From: Armatimonadota bacterium
GTDB lineage: Bacteria > Armatimonadota > SYMT01
Direction of reading: 5' to 3'
NCBI GenBank assembly: GCA_041690135.1
Contig: JAWLHY010000001.1
Location: 1,024,001-1,088,000, forward strand
DNA: 64,000 bases
The position numbers were made by a program, and so were the translations under genes. Shown in pieces: positions 19,711-28,135 of this stretch (the stretch's first letter is position 1; every line of letters begins with the position of its first letter). The notes under the pieces were generated by a model. That model made no database searches. It saw only the letters and a program-made list of their open reading frames with translations, and had not been told where the DNA came from.

Positions 19711-20919
19711 TTAGTACTTGGGCATGGTGGGGTCGATTTCGTCGGACCACCGGAGGGTGCCGCCGGGCAGGTTGCGGACCTTGTTGAAGCCCTTGCTGCG
19801 GAGGAACTCGGCGGCCTTGGCGCTGCGCCCGCCCGAACGGCAGTAGACCACGATCTCCTGGTCGCCGGGCAGCTCCACGTACCGCTGCGCCAGCTCCGGC
19901 AACGGGATGAGGGTCGCCCCTTCCAGCCGGGTGATCGCCCATTCTTCCGGATTGCGGACATCCAGCAGGTACGGCCGGTTGCCGTTGCCGAGCCGCTCTG
20001 ACAGTTCCTTCGGCAGGATGTCTTCTACAACCACAGTTGATTGTTCGTGACCCACCTCCCCATCGCAAAGCGCAACATAGTCCTCATCATCAATGCTGCG
20101 GATGCGCGGGTTCTCACCGCAGACCGGACATTCCGGGTCTTTGCGCAGGCGGAGTTCGCGGAACTTCATCTTGAGGGCATCGAAGAGCATCAGGCGTCCG
20201 ATCATCGGCTCGCCGATCCCGGTGATCAGCTTCACACCTTCCGTGGCCTGGATGCAGCCGATGATGCCGGGGAGCACACCCAGCACGCCGCCCTCGGCGC
20301 AACTCGGTACCATCCCTGGAGGCGGCGGTTCCGGATAAAGGCAGCGGTAGCATGGCCCGTGCTCCGCCCAGAAGACGGAGGCCTGTCCCTCGAACCGGAA
20401 GATGCTGCCGTAGCAGTTCGGCTTCCCTAGTAGCACGCAGGCGTCATTTACCAGATACCGGGTGGCGAAATTGTCCGTGCCATCGATCACGATATCGTAG
20501 TTGCGGATAATTTCGGCGGCGTTGCCTTTGTCAAACACTCCCGGATGCAGCTCGACATTGACGAACGGGTTGATATCGTTGATGCGGTCCCGCGCGGACT
20601 CCAGCTTCGGCCGGCCCACGTCCTTGGTCCCGTGGATGATCTGGCGTTGGAGGTTGCTGTAGTCGACCACGTCAAAGTCGACGAGGCCGAGCGTCCCGAC
20701 CCCCGCCGCGGCCAGGTACATGCCCAGGGGTGCTCCCAGCCCGCCGGTCCCGATCAGGAGAATGCGCGCGGCTTTGAGGCGCTTCTGCCCTTCCATCCCC
20801 ACTTCCGGCATGATCAGGTGCCGGCCGTAGCGGAGGATCTCTTCATTCGAAAACTGGACTTCCTCACTGATCTGACCCGGCTGGATCAGCGGAGAGAGGC
20901 GATTGTTCTGGGTCTCCAT
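19711..20919 (-). CDS. moeB: Molybdopterin-synthase adenylyltransferase with C-terminal rhodanese (MoeB/MoeZ)
   Basis: RYGRH, GTGGLG, SNLQRQ, DGTDN, CYRC, CPVC, rhodanese CRSGGRS. Confidence 0.93.
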   Translation of the reverse strand: METQNNRLSPLIQPGQISEEVQFSNEEILRYGRHLIMPEVGMEGQKRLKAARILLIGTGGLGAPLGMYLAAAGVGTLGLVDFDVVDYSNLQRQIIHGTKDVGRPKLESARDRINDINPFVNVELHPGVFDKGNAAEIIRNYDIVIDGTDNFATRYLVNDACVLLGKPNCYGSIFRFEGQASVFWAEHGPCYRCLYPEPPPPGMVPSCAEGGVLGVLPGIIGCIQATEGVKLITGIGEPMIGRLMLFDALKMKFRELRLRKDPECPVCGENPRIRSIDDEDYVALCDGEVGHEQSTVVVEDILPKELSERLGNGNRPYLLDVRNPEEWAITRLEGATLIPLPELAQRYVELPGDQEIVVYCRSGGRSAKAAEFLRSKGFNKVRNLPGGTLRWSDEIDPTMPKY

Positions 20920-20948
20920 GGTCGCTCCCTGGGAAACGTGTCCCGGCG

Positions 20949-21206
20949 TTAACGTACCCGGTTCTTGAACCGGGCGGCCGGGTCTTTGACGACGTCAAGG
21001 TTGATCTGGGCGTACCGCTCGGGCGCTACCAGTTGGTACGCGGGTTGCTGGTCCGGTTCCTCGATGCGCTCCAGCACTCCCTGTGCGGCGAGTGCCTCCA
21101 GCGCGTCGCGGATCACGGACGTGGAGAAGTGGGGCAGCTTTTCTGCCAGCGAATCCACGGTGTGCGGGCCCGGGTTGGACAGGGCTTCGGTCAGTTCGCT
21201 CGACAC
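20949..21206 (-). CDS. Small hypothetical protein, possible winged helix
   Basis: GGAGG RBS before GTG 21206; TVDSLAEKL..SVIRDALEALAAQGVL pattern. Confidence 0.65.
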   Translation of the reverse strand: MSSELTEALSNPGPHTVDSLAEKLPHFSTSVIRDALEALAAQGVLERIEEPDQQPAYQLVAPERYAQINLDVVKDPAARFKNRVR

Positions 21207-21233
21207 GACGGCATCCCTCCTCATATTCACCGC

Positions 21234-21263
21234 ATTATATGCCCTGCCTTGAACCATAGTCTA
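21234..21263 (-). promoter_or_regulatory. Putative sigma70 promoter for small ORF-moeB
   Basis: Minus strand TAGACT-18 bp-TATAAT. Confidence 0.5.
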
Positions 21264-21326
21264 CCGGCCACGTCCGAAGACGCGTGGGACGGGGGCGAGG
21301 CGAACGTTGTGATCGTAACTATCTCA

Positions 21327-21355
21327 TTGTCCGCGCTCGGGACGAATGATAGAAT
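21327..21355 (+). promoter_or_regulatory. Putative sigma70 promoter for mrp
   Basis: TTGTCC-17 bp-TAGAAT with extended -10 TG. Confidence 0.6.
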
Positions 21356-21413
21356 GAGGCGGCTGACGTGCGGCCACGGAGTGCCGTACGTGACGGAATG
21401 CGGGTGAGACTCA

Positions 21414-22577
21414 ATGTCGGAGCAGGATTTTATTTCGGAAGAAGCCGTGCTGCGGGCGCTGCAAAGCGTGGGAGCACCACAGATTGGGGGCGACATCGTC
21501 CAGCGCGGGCTGGTGCGGGAAGTCAAGATTTGCGACGGGCATATCGCGTTCGAATTACTGCTGCCCGCGCCGATCGCCAACTTTCAGGCGGCCCTGGAAC
21601 AAGGCTGCCGCGAGGCGCTTTCCCATGTGGAGGGTGTGCGGTCGGTGAACGTGCGTACCCGCATCCTCTCTAGCGGACCGGCTCCATCCGGACCGGCGCA
21701 AGGCCCGGCGGGACCGAGCCCGGCGGCGCCCGGCCCGCAGGCGGGGAGCAACCTTCTTCCCGGCGTGCGCCACGTGATCGCGGTCGGGTCCGGTAAAGGC
21801 GGGGTGGGTAAATCCACCGTTGCTGTTAACCTGGCCACGGCCCTGGCCCTGGATGGTCACCGCGTCGGCCTGTTGGATGCCGATGTGTATGGTCCGAGCA
21901 TCCCGATGATGATGGGCCTGCGCCAGACACCGCACACCGTGGATGGGAAACTGGTCCCCCTGGAGCGGCATGGCGTGCAGTTGATGTCGCTCGGTTTCCT
22001 GATGCCGGACGACTCCGCGCACGTGATCTGGCGCGGTCCCATGGTCGGCAGCGCCGTGCGCCAGATGATCACCGACTGCCACTGGGGCGAGCTGGACTAC
22101 CTGGTCGTTGACCTCCCTCCCGGCACCGGCGATGCCCAACTGACGCTGGCGCAGACGGTTCCCCTGACCGGAGCCGTGGTCGTGATGACCAGCCAGGATG
22201 TAGCGGTCAACATCGCCAGCAAGGCCGTGGGCATGTTCCAGCGGCTGAACGTGCCGATCCTGGGTGTGGTGGGGAATATGGACTTCTTCGCCTGCCCCTC
22301 CTGCGGGACCCACACCCCTATCTTCACCCGCGGCGGAAGTGAGACCGCCTCGGAGAAGCTGGGCGTGCCGTTCCTGGGCAGCATTCCCCTGGAGCCCGCA
22401 ACAGTGGAACACGGGGACCGCGGCGTTCCCACTGTAATCGCCGCGCCGGATTCCTCTCCGGCCCAGGCGTTTCGCGAAGTCGCCCGCAACGTGGCGTCGC
22501 AGGTGAATGCCCTTGATGCGGCGCAGGCGACGACGCCGGGTCTTGGCGGCCTCTTGGGACGCTTCAAGAAGGACTGA
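21414..22577 (+). CDS. mrp: Mrp/NBP35 (ApbC) Fe-S cluster carrier ATPase
   Basis: GKGGVGKST, DADVYGPS, WRGP, DLPPGTGD, CPSC; N-terminal DUF59-like domain. Confidence 0.93.
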   Translation: MSEQDFISEEAVLRALQSVGAPQIGGDIVQRGLVREVKICDGHIAFELLLPAPIANFQAALEQGCREALSHVEGVRSVNVRTRILSSGPAPSGPAQGPAGPSPAAPGPQAGSNLLPGVRHVIAVGSGKGGVGKSTVAVNLATALALDGHRVGLLDADVYGPSIPMMMGLRQTPHTVDGKLVPLERHGVQLMSLGFLMPDDSAHVIWRGPMVGSAVRQMITDCHWGELDYLVVDLPPGTGDAQLTLAQTVPLTGAVVVMTSQDVAVNIASKAVGMFQRLNVPILGVVGNMDFFACPSCGTHTPIFTRGGSETASEKLGVPFLGSIPLEPATVEHGDRGVPTVIAAPDSSPAQAFREVARNVASQVNALDAAQATTPGLGGLLGRFKKD

Positions 22578-22588
22578 CTACCCCCCCT

Positions 22589-22626
22589 CGCCGACCCACG
22601 TCTCGTTAGCCCGACGTGGGTCGGCG
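22589..22626. other. 14-bp stem hairpin after mrp (possible terminator, no U tract)
   Basis: cgccgacccacgtc...gacgtgggtcggcg. Confidence 0.55.
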
Positions 22627-22906
22627 GGAACTCTACGTGGCTGTGCTGCGTCTTCCAACTGGTACAGGTTTTCGCGAGCCCTCCGGTTCCTGTATGATCT
22701 AACCGGTGTTCTATCCGGGCGAGACCTAGACTCGGCTCTTTCCGCATGTGGGTCCGCTGTGCTCATGCACAGAGCCGGACCGCCTGTGGTACAGCGTCGG
22801 CGCGTATCCGCGGCGGTCGGAACAGGAAAACCCACCCCCGGTGGCGTATCTGTTCTCCATAAAGACTCTATGAATATCGCACTTATTCTCGTACAGGAGG
22901 TCCCAG

Positions 22907-24508
22907 GTGCTGGACGGTGAAGGTCTCCATACCCCGAGTGATAGCGAGACGCTGTCGCGCATCCTCAACCGGACCGCGGCACTACTTCAGGCGCGCGGCT
23001 GCGGGGTGCTCTTGCTGGACCGTAAGAAGAATGTCCTGGCTGCGCTTCGCCCTTTTAGCGGTTTGCCCGAAGAGCGCACCAAAGCCCTAGAGTTCTCCCT
23101 GGGCGGCGGCAGTCCGATGGGGGAAGTGGTTGCCCACGATACGCCGGTCCTTCTCGACCAGCAGACCAACGGCGGCGCCGCCAGCGTGCTCAACTCTCTC
23201 GACGTCCAGAATGCCGTGTTCGTGCCGTTGGCTCTAGAGCAGCGCGATGAGAACAACCAGGTCGTCCAGCGCCGGGTGATGGGGGCGTTCTGCGCCTTCG
23301 ATAAGTTTTACGGCCGTCCCTTCGATATGGAAGATGCCCGGCTGCTGGGCATGATGGCCCGTCAGGCCTCGGCGGTCCTCGTCACCAGCCAGGTCTACTG
23401 GGCGGAAGTCGAGCGGATCAAAGAAGTCGAGTCGATCCTGGAGAGCACCTCCGTCGGCCTGCTGGCAGTATCCCCGAAGGGGACCGTCACCCAGGTTAAC
23501 GAGGCGGCCCGCATCGCCCTCGGCCTGGACAAGATGGACTACTTCGGCCGTCCGTACGACGACCTGATCACCCGCAGCGACATCTGTGAGTTGATCAGCG
23601 ACACGCTGGACGGGCGCCCACCGACGGAGCCGAAGGAGTTTCCGCTCCGCGTCAAGGAAGGCGATCCGGAAGAGGAAGACCGTATCTACCGGATCCAGAT
23701 GGACCAGATCCGTTCGGAAGACCGGCAGTCGATGGGCTGGGTGATGGTGATGGAGAATGTCACCGATATTCGCCGCGCCGAGCAGATGATGGCCGCCTTC
23801 GTGGACATGATCTCGCACGAACTCCGCACACCGCTCACGTCGATCCGCGGCTTCGTCGCCACGATGCTCCAGGCGGGCGAGGGCGTTTTTCCTTGGGAAA
23901 CACAGGAAGAGTTCCTTCAGATTGTCGACACGGAAGCCGAGCGGCTCGGAGGGATGATCGACGAGCAGTTGAACATCGCTCGTATCCAGAACGGACGCGG
24001 ACTCCAGTACAACTTCGCTCCGACGGATATCCGGCAGCTTGCCGCCCAGGTCTTCCGGCTCCAGAAGCAGAGCTCGAGTTGGCGGGGGCATGAACTGGTG
24101 GTCGATATTCCCGAGGACTTCCCGCAGTTCCAGTCGGACGAGTCCAAGCTCCTTCAGGTGTTCCACAACCTGGTGGGCAATGCGCTGAAATACTCCCCTT
24201 CCGCGGGCACGGTCACCTTTTCGGCGCGCCAGGTGGAAGGTGGGGTCCAGATCAGTGTTTCGGACCAGGGTCTCGGGATTCCGAAGGAACAGCTGCCCAA
24301 GATGTTCAGCCAGTTCTTCCGCGTGGAGACGAACCAGCACACCGCCATCAAAGGAACCGGCCTCGGGCTCTGGCTCACCAAGCACATGATCGAAGGGCAC
24401 CACGGCCGCATCTGGGTGGAGAGCGAATACGGACACGGCAGCACGTTCCACGTCTTCATCCCGACAGATCCCACGCGCGCACCCGAAGGCTCTGGCAGCG
24501 CCGAATGA
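22907..24508 (+). CDS. GAF-PAS sensor histidine kinase
   Basis: AGGAGG RBS; ISHELRTPLTSIRG, NLVGNALKYS, DQGLG, GTGLGL. Confidence 0.93.
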   Translation: MLDGEGLHTPSDSETLSRILNRTAALLQARGCGVLLLDRKKNVLAALRPFSGLPEERTKALEFSLGGGSPMGEVVAHDTPVLLDQQTNGGAASVLNSLDVQNAVFVPLALEQRDENNQVVQRRVMGAFCAFDKFYGRPFDMEDARLLGMMARQASAVLVTSQVYWAEVERIKEVESILESTSVGLLAVSPKGTVTQVNEAARIALGLDKMDYFGRPYDDLITRSDICELISDTLDGRPPTEPKEFPLRVKEGDPEEEDRIYRIQMDQIRSEDRQSMGWVMVMENVTDIRRAEQMMAAFVDMISHELRTPLTSIRGFVATMLQAGEGVFPWETQEEFLQIVDTEAERLGGMIDEQLNIARIQNGRGLQYNFAPTDIRQLAAQVFRLQKQSSSWRGHELVVDIPEDFPQFQSDESKLLQVFHNLVGNALKYSPSAGTVTFSARQVEGGVQISVSDQGLGIPKEQLPKMFSQFFRVETNQHTAIKGTGLGLWLTKHMIEGHHGRIWVESEYGHGSTFHVFIPTDPTRAPEGSGSAE

Positions 24509-26364
24509 CGAAACGTCCCACCGCCCTCGCCGTTCTGGCGGTTACGGCGCTCGGCGCCTTGTTGGGGCTTGCGGACCTCCGGGGACTGTTGACTTACCTG
24601 GGGAGCCAGTGGGCGGAGTGGACTGATAAGTATCAGGATCTCCCGCGGCCCACCTCCATCCTCTGGCTGGAAGGTGCCGCGGGAGTCGCCCGAAAGATGG
24701 AAGGTACCGAGGGTTGGCTGGCTGCGCTGACCCTCGTGGCCCTTTTTTTTGCGTTGCTTGCGCTGGCAGCCCTGTTGCAGCCGGGCTTCCGGCTTTCCAA
24801 GCCTCCCGAAGAAAACGAAGGCCAGGGGATTACCACCCACCTGGAAGTACCCCTGCTGATGCGAGTGGCGGCGGTGGCGCTGCTCTCCTTCTGGCTCTGC
24901 GGTGCGCTGGCGCCCGTGAGTATGTTCCTGGCGGGCAGTGGGGGGCAGTTCTTCGCGGCGGCTCGTCTACTGGCGGGTCTCCCTACCTGGACGGCGCTGC
25001 TGCCCGGGTTTATCGCTCCCGTCGTCCATTCGCTCCTCCTCTTTTCCGGTCTCTGGCTCCTCTGGGGGCCCTCCGGACCGCTGTCGCGCGCGCCCGGTAG
25101 CCAATTCCGCGAGACTCTCCTGACGGGGCTCCTCGCTGGCCTCGCTGCCATTCCCGCCGTCATCGCACTCCATGATGGGCGGATGTGGCTTGGCCTCGTC
25201 ACCCAGGCCTACAGTATGGCAGACCGGGACGGTTGGAAGCTCCTTCAGGTTCTGACCGTCATCCTGCCGGTAGCGGGAGCCTTTTTCCTGCTGCTGGTTG
25301 GGCTCGTGTTCCGGCCGGGTGCCTCTCGGCTTCTTACCCCGCGCCGCATCGCGTTCGCCGTGGCGGCTCCCCTCTTCGCGTTCTTCGGCTCCCAGGCCTG
25401 TGCCCGGATCATGGAGCGGATGGACGTGCAGAGCGGTAGCCTGGCGCGCACCCTCCAGCTTCCGGCCTCGGGATTGCAGCGCTTCGCATTGCTCCTCGCC
25501 CCGGAGGGCCAGACCTTCTTCAGCATCGTGCCCGATGGGTCCGGGGATAGGCGCTGGGACCGGATTGCTTGCAACGGTGAGACGGTGAAGGCGGCGGAGC
25601 AGTTTTTGGAGAAGCGCAACTACCGGTCGCGGTTGACCTATCGCGCCTATGTCCACCTGCACGACTGTGCCTCGCTCGACTGGCTGACCACCGAGAGCCT
25701 GAAGCGCAACCTGGAGACCCTGGAACGTGCCCCCTACCGGGTTGCCGCGCAGCTTCTGGAATACAAGCTGATGACCTGCCCCATCTTGCCGGAGAACCGG
25801 GAGGTGCTCGATCGGCTGGCGGACCCGGCGGTGTTTGCCTGGCGTGATCCACAGGTGAGCAAGCGGACCCTGGGACGGCTCTATCTCCGCTTCGGTGATA
25901 TGGACCGGGCTCGAAGCTACCTGATGGACGCCGGCCTCGACCAGGCAGGATTCCGGCAGTTGATGGGGGGACTTTCCCCTCTGACAGAGGGGAAGGTACG
26001 CGGCCGTCTTACCTTCGGTGGAAAAGCGGTCGCCGGCGTGCGCCTGGGTCTCGTTCACGCCGATCAACCCTGGGGGGAGATGGTGACGGAACCGCGGCCC
26101 CACACCTGGCGGCATGTTTCCGCCGCCGCGCACACGGATGAGAAGGGTAATTTCGAGTTCACCCATCTGGCCGAAGGAAGGTACTTCCTGGTCATCACCG
26201 GTGGCGGTATCGGGCGAGTACCCGGTCAGCCTATCGTGACCGGGCACCCCAGGATGTTTCAGTTAGACCGTTTCCGCCCCACCCAAATCCTGCCGAAAAT
26301 CGACATCAATTTTCGGCCTGTGGATCCATCCCAACCCGGTCGCACCGGTAGGAACACCGCCTAG
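24505..26364 (+). CDS. Multi-pass membrane protein with C-terminal carboxypeptidase-regulatory-like beta domain
   Basis: Many TM segments in N-half; VRGRLT..TDEKGNFEFTHLAEGRY; ATGA overlap with kinase. Confidence 0.75.
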   Translation: MTKRPTALAVLAVTALGALLGLADLRGLLTYLGSQWAEWTDKYQDLPRPTSILWLEGAAGVARKMEGTEGWLAALTLVALFFALLALAALLQPGFRLSKPPEENEGQGITTHLEVPLLMRVAAVALLSFWLCGALAPVSMFLAGSGGQFFAAARLLAGLPTWTALLPGFIAPVVHSLLLFSGLWLLWGPSGPLSRAPGSQFRETLLTGLLAGLAAIPAVIALHDGRMWLGLVTQAYSMADRDGWKLLQVLTVILPVAGAFFLLLVGLVFRPGASRLLTPRRIAFAVAAPLFAFFGSQACARIMERMDVQSGSLARTLQLPASGLQRFALLLAPEGQTFFSIVPDGSGDRRWDRIACNGETVKAAEQFLEKRNYRSRLTYRAYVHLHDCASLDWLTTESLKRNLETLERAPYRVAAQLLEYKLMTCPILPENREVLDRLADPAVFAWRDPQVSKRTLGRLYLRFGDMDRARSYLMDAGLDQAGFRQLMGGLSPLTEGKVRGRLTFGGKAVAGVRLGLVHADQPWGEMVTEPRPHTWRHVSAAAHTDEKGNFEFTHLAEGRYFLVITGGGIGRVPGQPIVTGHPRMFQLDRFRPTQILPKIDINFRPVDPSQPGRTGRNTA

Positions 26365-26437
26365 CTCCCCGGATTCCGCCTTTCGAGCACCGTTGCGGGC
26401 AGCCATGGAACGGCAACGCGCACCCGCGCTGGATCTA

Positions 26438-26591
26438 AGTGTGGAGTCGCCGCTTGCAGCGGCGGTCTTGCGAACAAGGTGCCGACCACTCGTGCTGGAT
26501 AACCGCAACCAGTACTTGCCTGCGCTTTGGCAGGCACGGGATTCCATTCCCGCAGTCGCCAGTCGCCGCTGCAAGCGGGCGACTCCACACT
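26438..26591. repeat. Inverted REP-like doublet (REPIN-like)
   Basis: agtgtggagtcgccgcttgcagcggcg (26438-26464) and its reverse complement with one extra G (26564-26591). Confidence 0.7.
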
Positions 26592-26598
26592 CAATGGC

Positions 26599-26646
26599 AC
26601 GACGTCGCTCAAGTTGCAGTAGGGGCTGCAACTTGAGCGACGTCGT
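26599..26646. repeat. Perfect 21-bp stem hairpin between convergent genes
   Basis: acgacgtcgctcaagttgcag-tagggg-ctgcaacttgagcgacgtcgt. Confidence 0.8.
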
Positions 26647-26658
26647 CCAGCGCCTGCC

Positions 26659-28089
26659 TTATCCGGTGACCGCACCCTTGAAGTTGGGGTCGGAGAGGCC
26701 GGGGAGTTCGCCGGTGCTGTCTCCGAAGCCGGGCACCGGTGTCCCCAACCGGGAGAGCAGCCCCACGTAGAGGTTGCAGAGCGGAGTCTTCTTTTCGTAG
26801 ACCAGGTGCCGGCCGGTGGCGAGGGTGCCGCCCGCGCGACCCGCCAGGACCAACGGGAGGTTGACCGGGCTGTGGGCGTTGCCGTCCCGCATGCCGCTGC
26901 CGAAGAGGACCACCGAGTTGTCCAGCAGGGTCCCCTCGCCTTCCTTGATCGCCTTCATCCGTTCCAGCATGTAGGCGTACTGCTGGAGGTGCCAGAGGTT
27001 GATGGCCTTGTATTCTTCCAGCTTCGCCTTGTCGTTCTCGTGGTGCGAGATCTGGTGGTGTCCGCCGCTCACGCCGGGGAGGAAGGAGAAGTTCCGGCCG
27101 CTGACCTCGTTCGCAAACATGAAGGTGGCCACGCGGGTGGAGTCGGTCCAGAAGGACAGGACCATCAGGTCCAGCATCAGGCGCACCTGTTCGGTGTGGT
27201 CGATGCCGCGCTTCCGGCTCAGGCGCGCGGGGTCGCTGTAGTAGTCCTTGATACGGCCGCCGAGCTTTTCGATTTCCTTCCGGGCCTCGGGATCGTCCTG
27301 GTACTGCCCCTTGCGGCGTTCGGCGTCGAAGGCGATCCGCTTCTCGACGGAGCGTACCGACTCGAAATATTCTTCGAGCTTGAGCTGGTCCATCTTGCCG
27401 ACCTTGCCCTTTAGCCGCCGGGCGTCGTCCGCCACCAGGTCGAGAATGCTGCGGTCCTGCGAGAGGTCGCCTTTCGCGCGGGCCTGGCTGGTGCCGAACA
27501 CCCGGTCGAAGGCGAGTTGCGGGTTGATCTCGCGGGTGACCGGGGTCGTAGGCGAGCTCCAGGAGATGTGCGAGCCGTAGAGGCGGGTGAAGCCGACGTT
27601 GGTATCCACGCCCATCGTCACCGGCTCGATGCTCAACTCCAGGGAAGGCAGCGGAGTAAGATTGCCGACCCGCTGCGCCACCACCTGGTCCAGCGAAACA
27701 CCCCCGCAGCGCAGGTCGCTGCCCGTGGTCTTGGTTACCTGGGTGCCGGTGAGCCAGGGTGCGACCTTCACGTAGTGCCCGTCGCCGACGATGCTCCCCT
27801 TGTTCATCAGTTCGCTGAGCACCAGGATGTCGGACTTCACTCCCGCGAGCGGCGCCAGGATCGGTGAGAGCTCGAAATCGGCGCCGGTGCCGATGGGCGT
27901 CCAGTGGTGCGGGTTCACGCCGTTGGGGAAGTAGAGGGCGGCGAACCGGACCGGCGCCTTGCCTTTAGCACCGGCCGGAGCGGCGCCGGCGCTCCGGGGC
28001 TGCAGGCTTTCCAACATGGGCAGGAACATGGTGACGCCGAGACCGCGTAGCACGGTGCGGCGTGAAATCGGCTGCGTTACTCGCTCCAT
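26659..28089 (-). CDS. DUF1552 domain protein
   Basis: SRRTVLRG leader, YFPNG, SLDQ, PSLEL, HHQISHH, TLLDNS, DGNAH; downstream of DUF1592 gene. Confidence 0.9.
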   Translation of the reverse strand: MERVTQPISRRTVLRGLGVTMFLPMLESLQPRSAGAAPAGAKGKAPVRFAALYFPNGVNPHHWTPIGTGADFELSPILAPLAGVKSDILVLSELMNKGSIVGDGHYVKVAPWLTGTQVTKTTGSDLRCGGVSLDQVVAQRVGNLTPLPSLELSIEPVTMGVDTNVGFTRLYGSHISWSSPTTPVTREINPQLAFDRVFGTSQARAKGDLSQDRSILDLVADDARRLKGKVGKMDQLKLEEYFESVRSVEKRIAFDAERRKGQYQDDPEARKEIEKLGGRIKDYYSDPARLSRKRGIDHTEQVRLMLDLMVLSFWTDSTRVATFMFANEVSGRNFSFLPGVSGGHHQISHHENDKAKLEEYKAINLWHLQQYAYMLERMKAIKEGEGTLLDNSVVLFGSGMRDGNAHSPVNLPLVLAGRAGGTLATGRHLVYEKKTPLCNLYVGLLSRLGTPVPGFGDSTGELPGLSDPNFKGAVTG

Positions 28090-28135
28090 CGTCCTCTCGC
28101 TTTCGCTACTCTTCCGCTGCTTCCGTTGTTCATCC

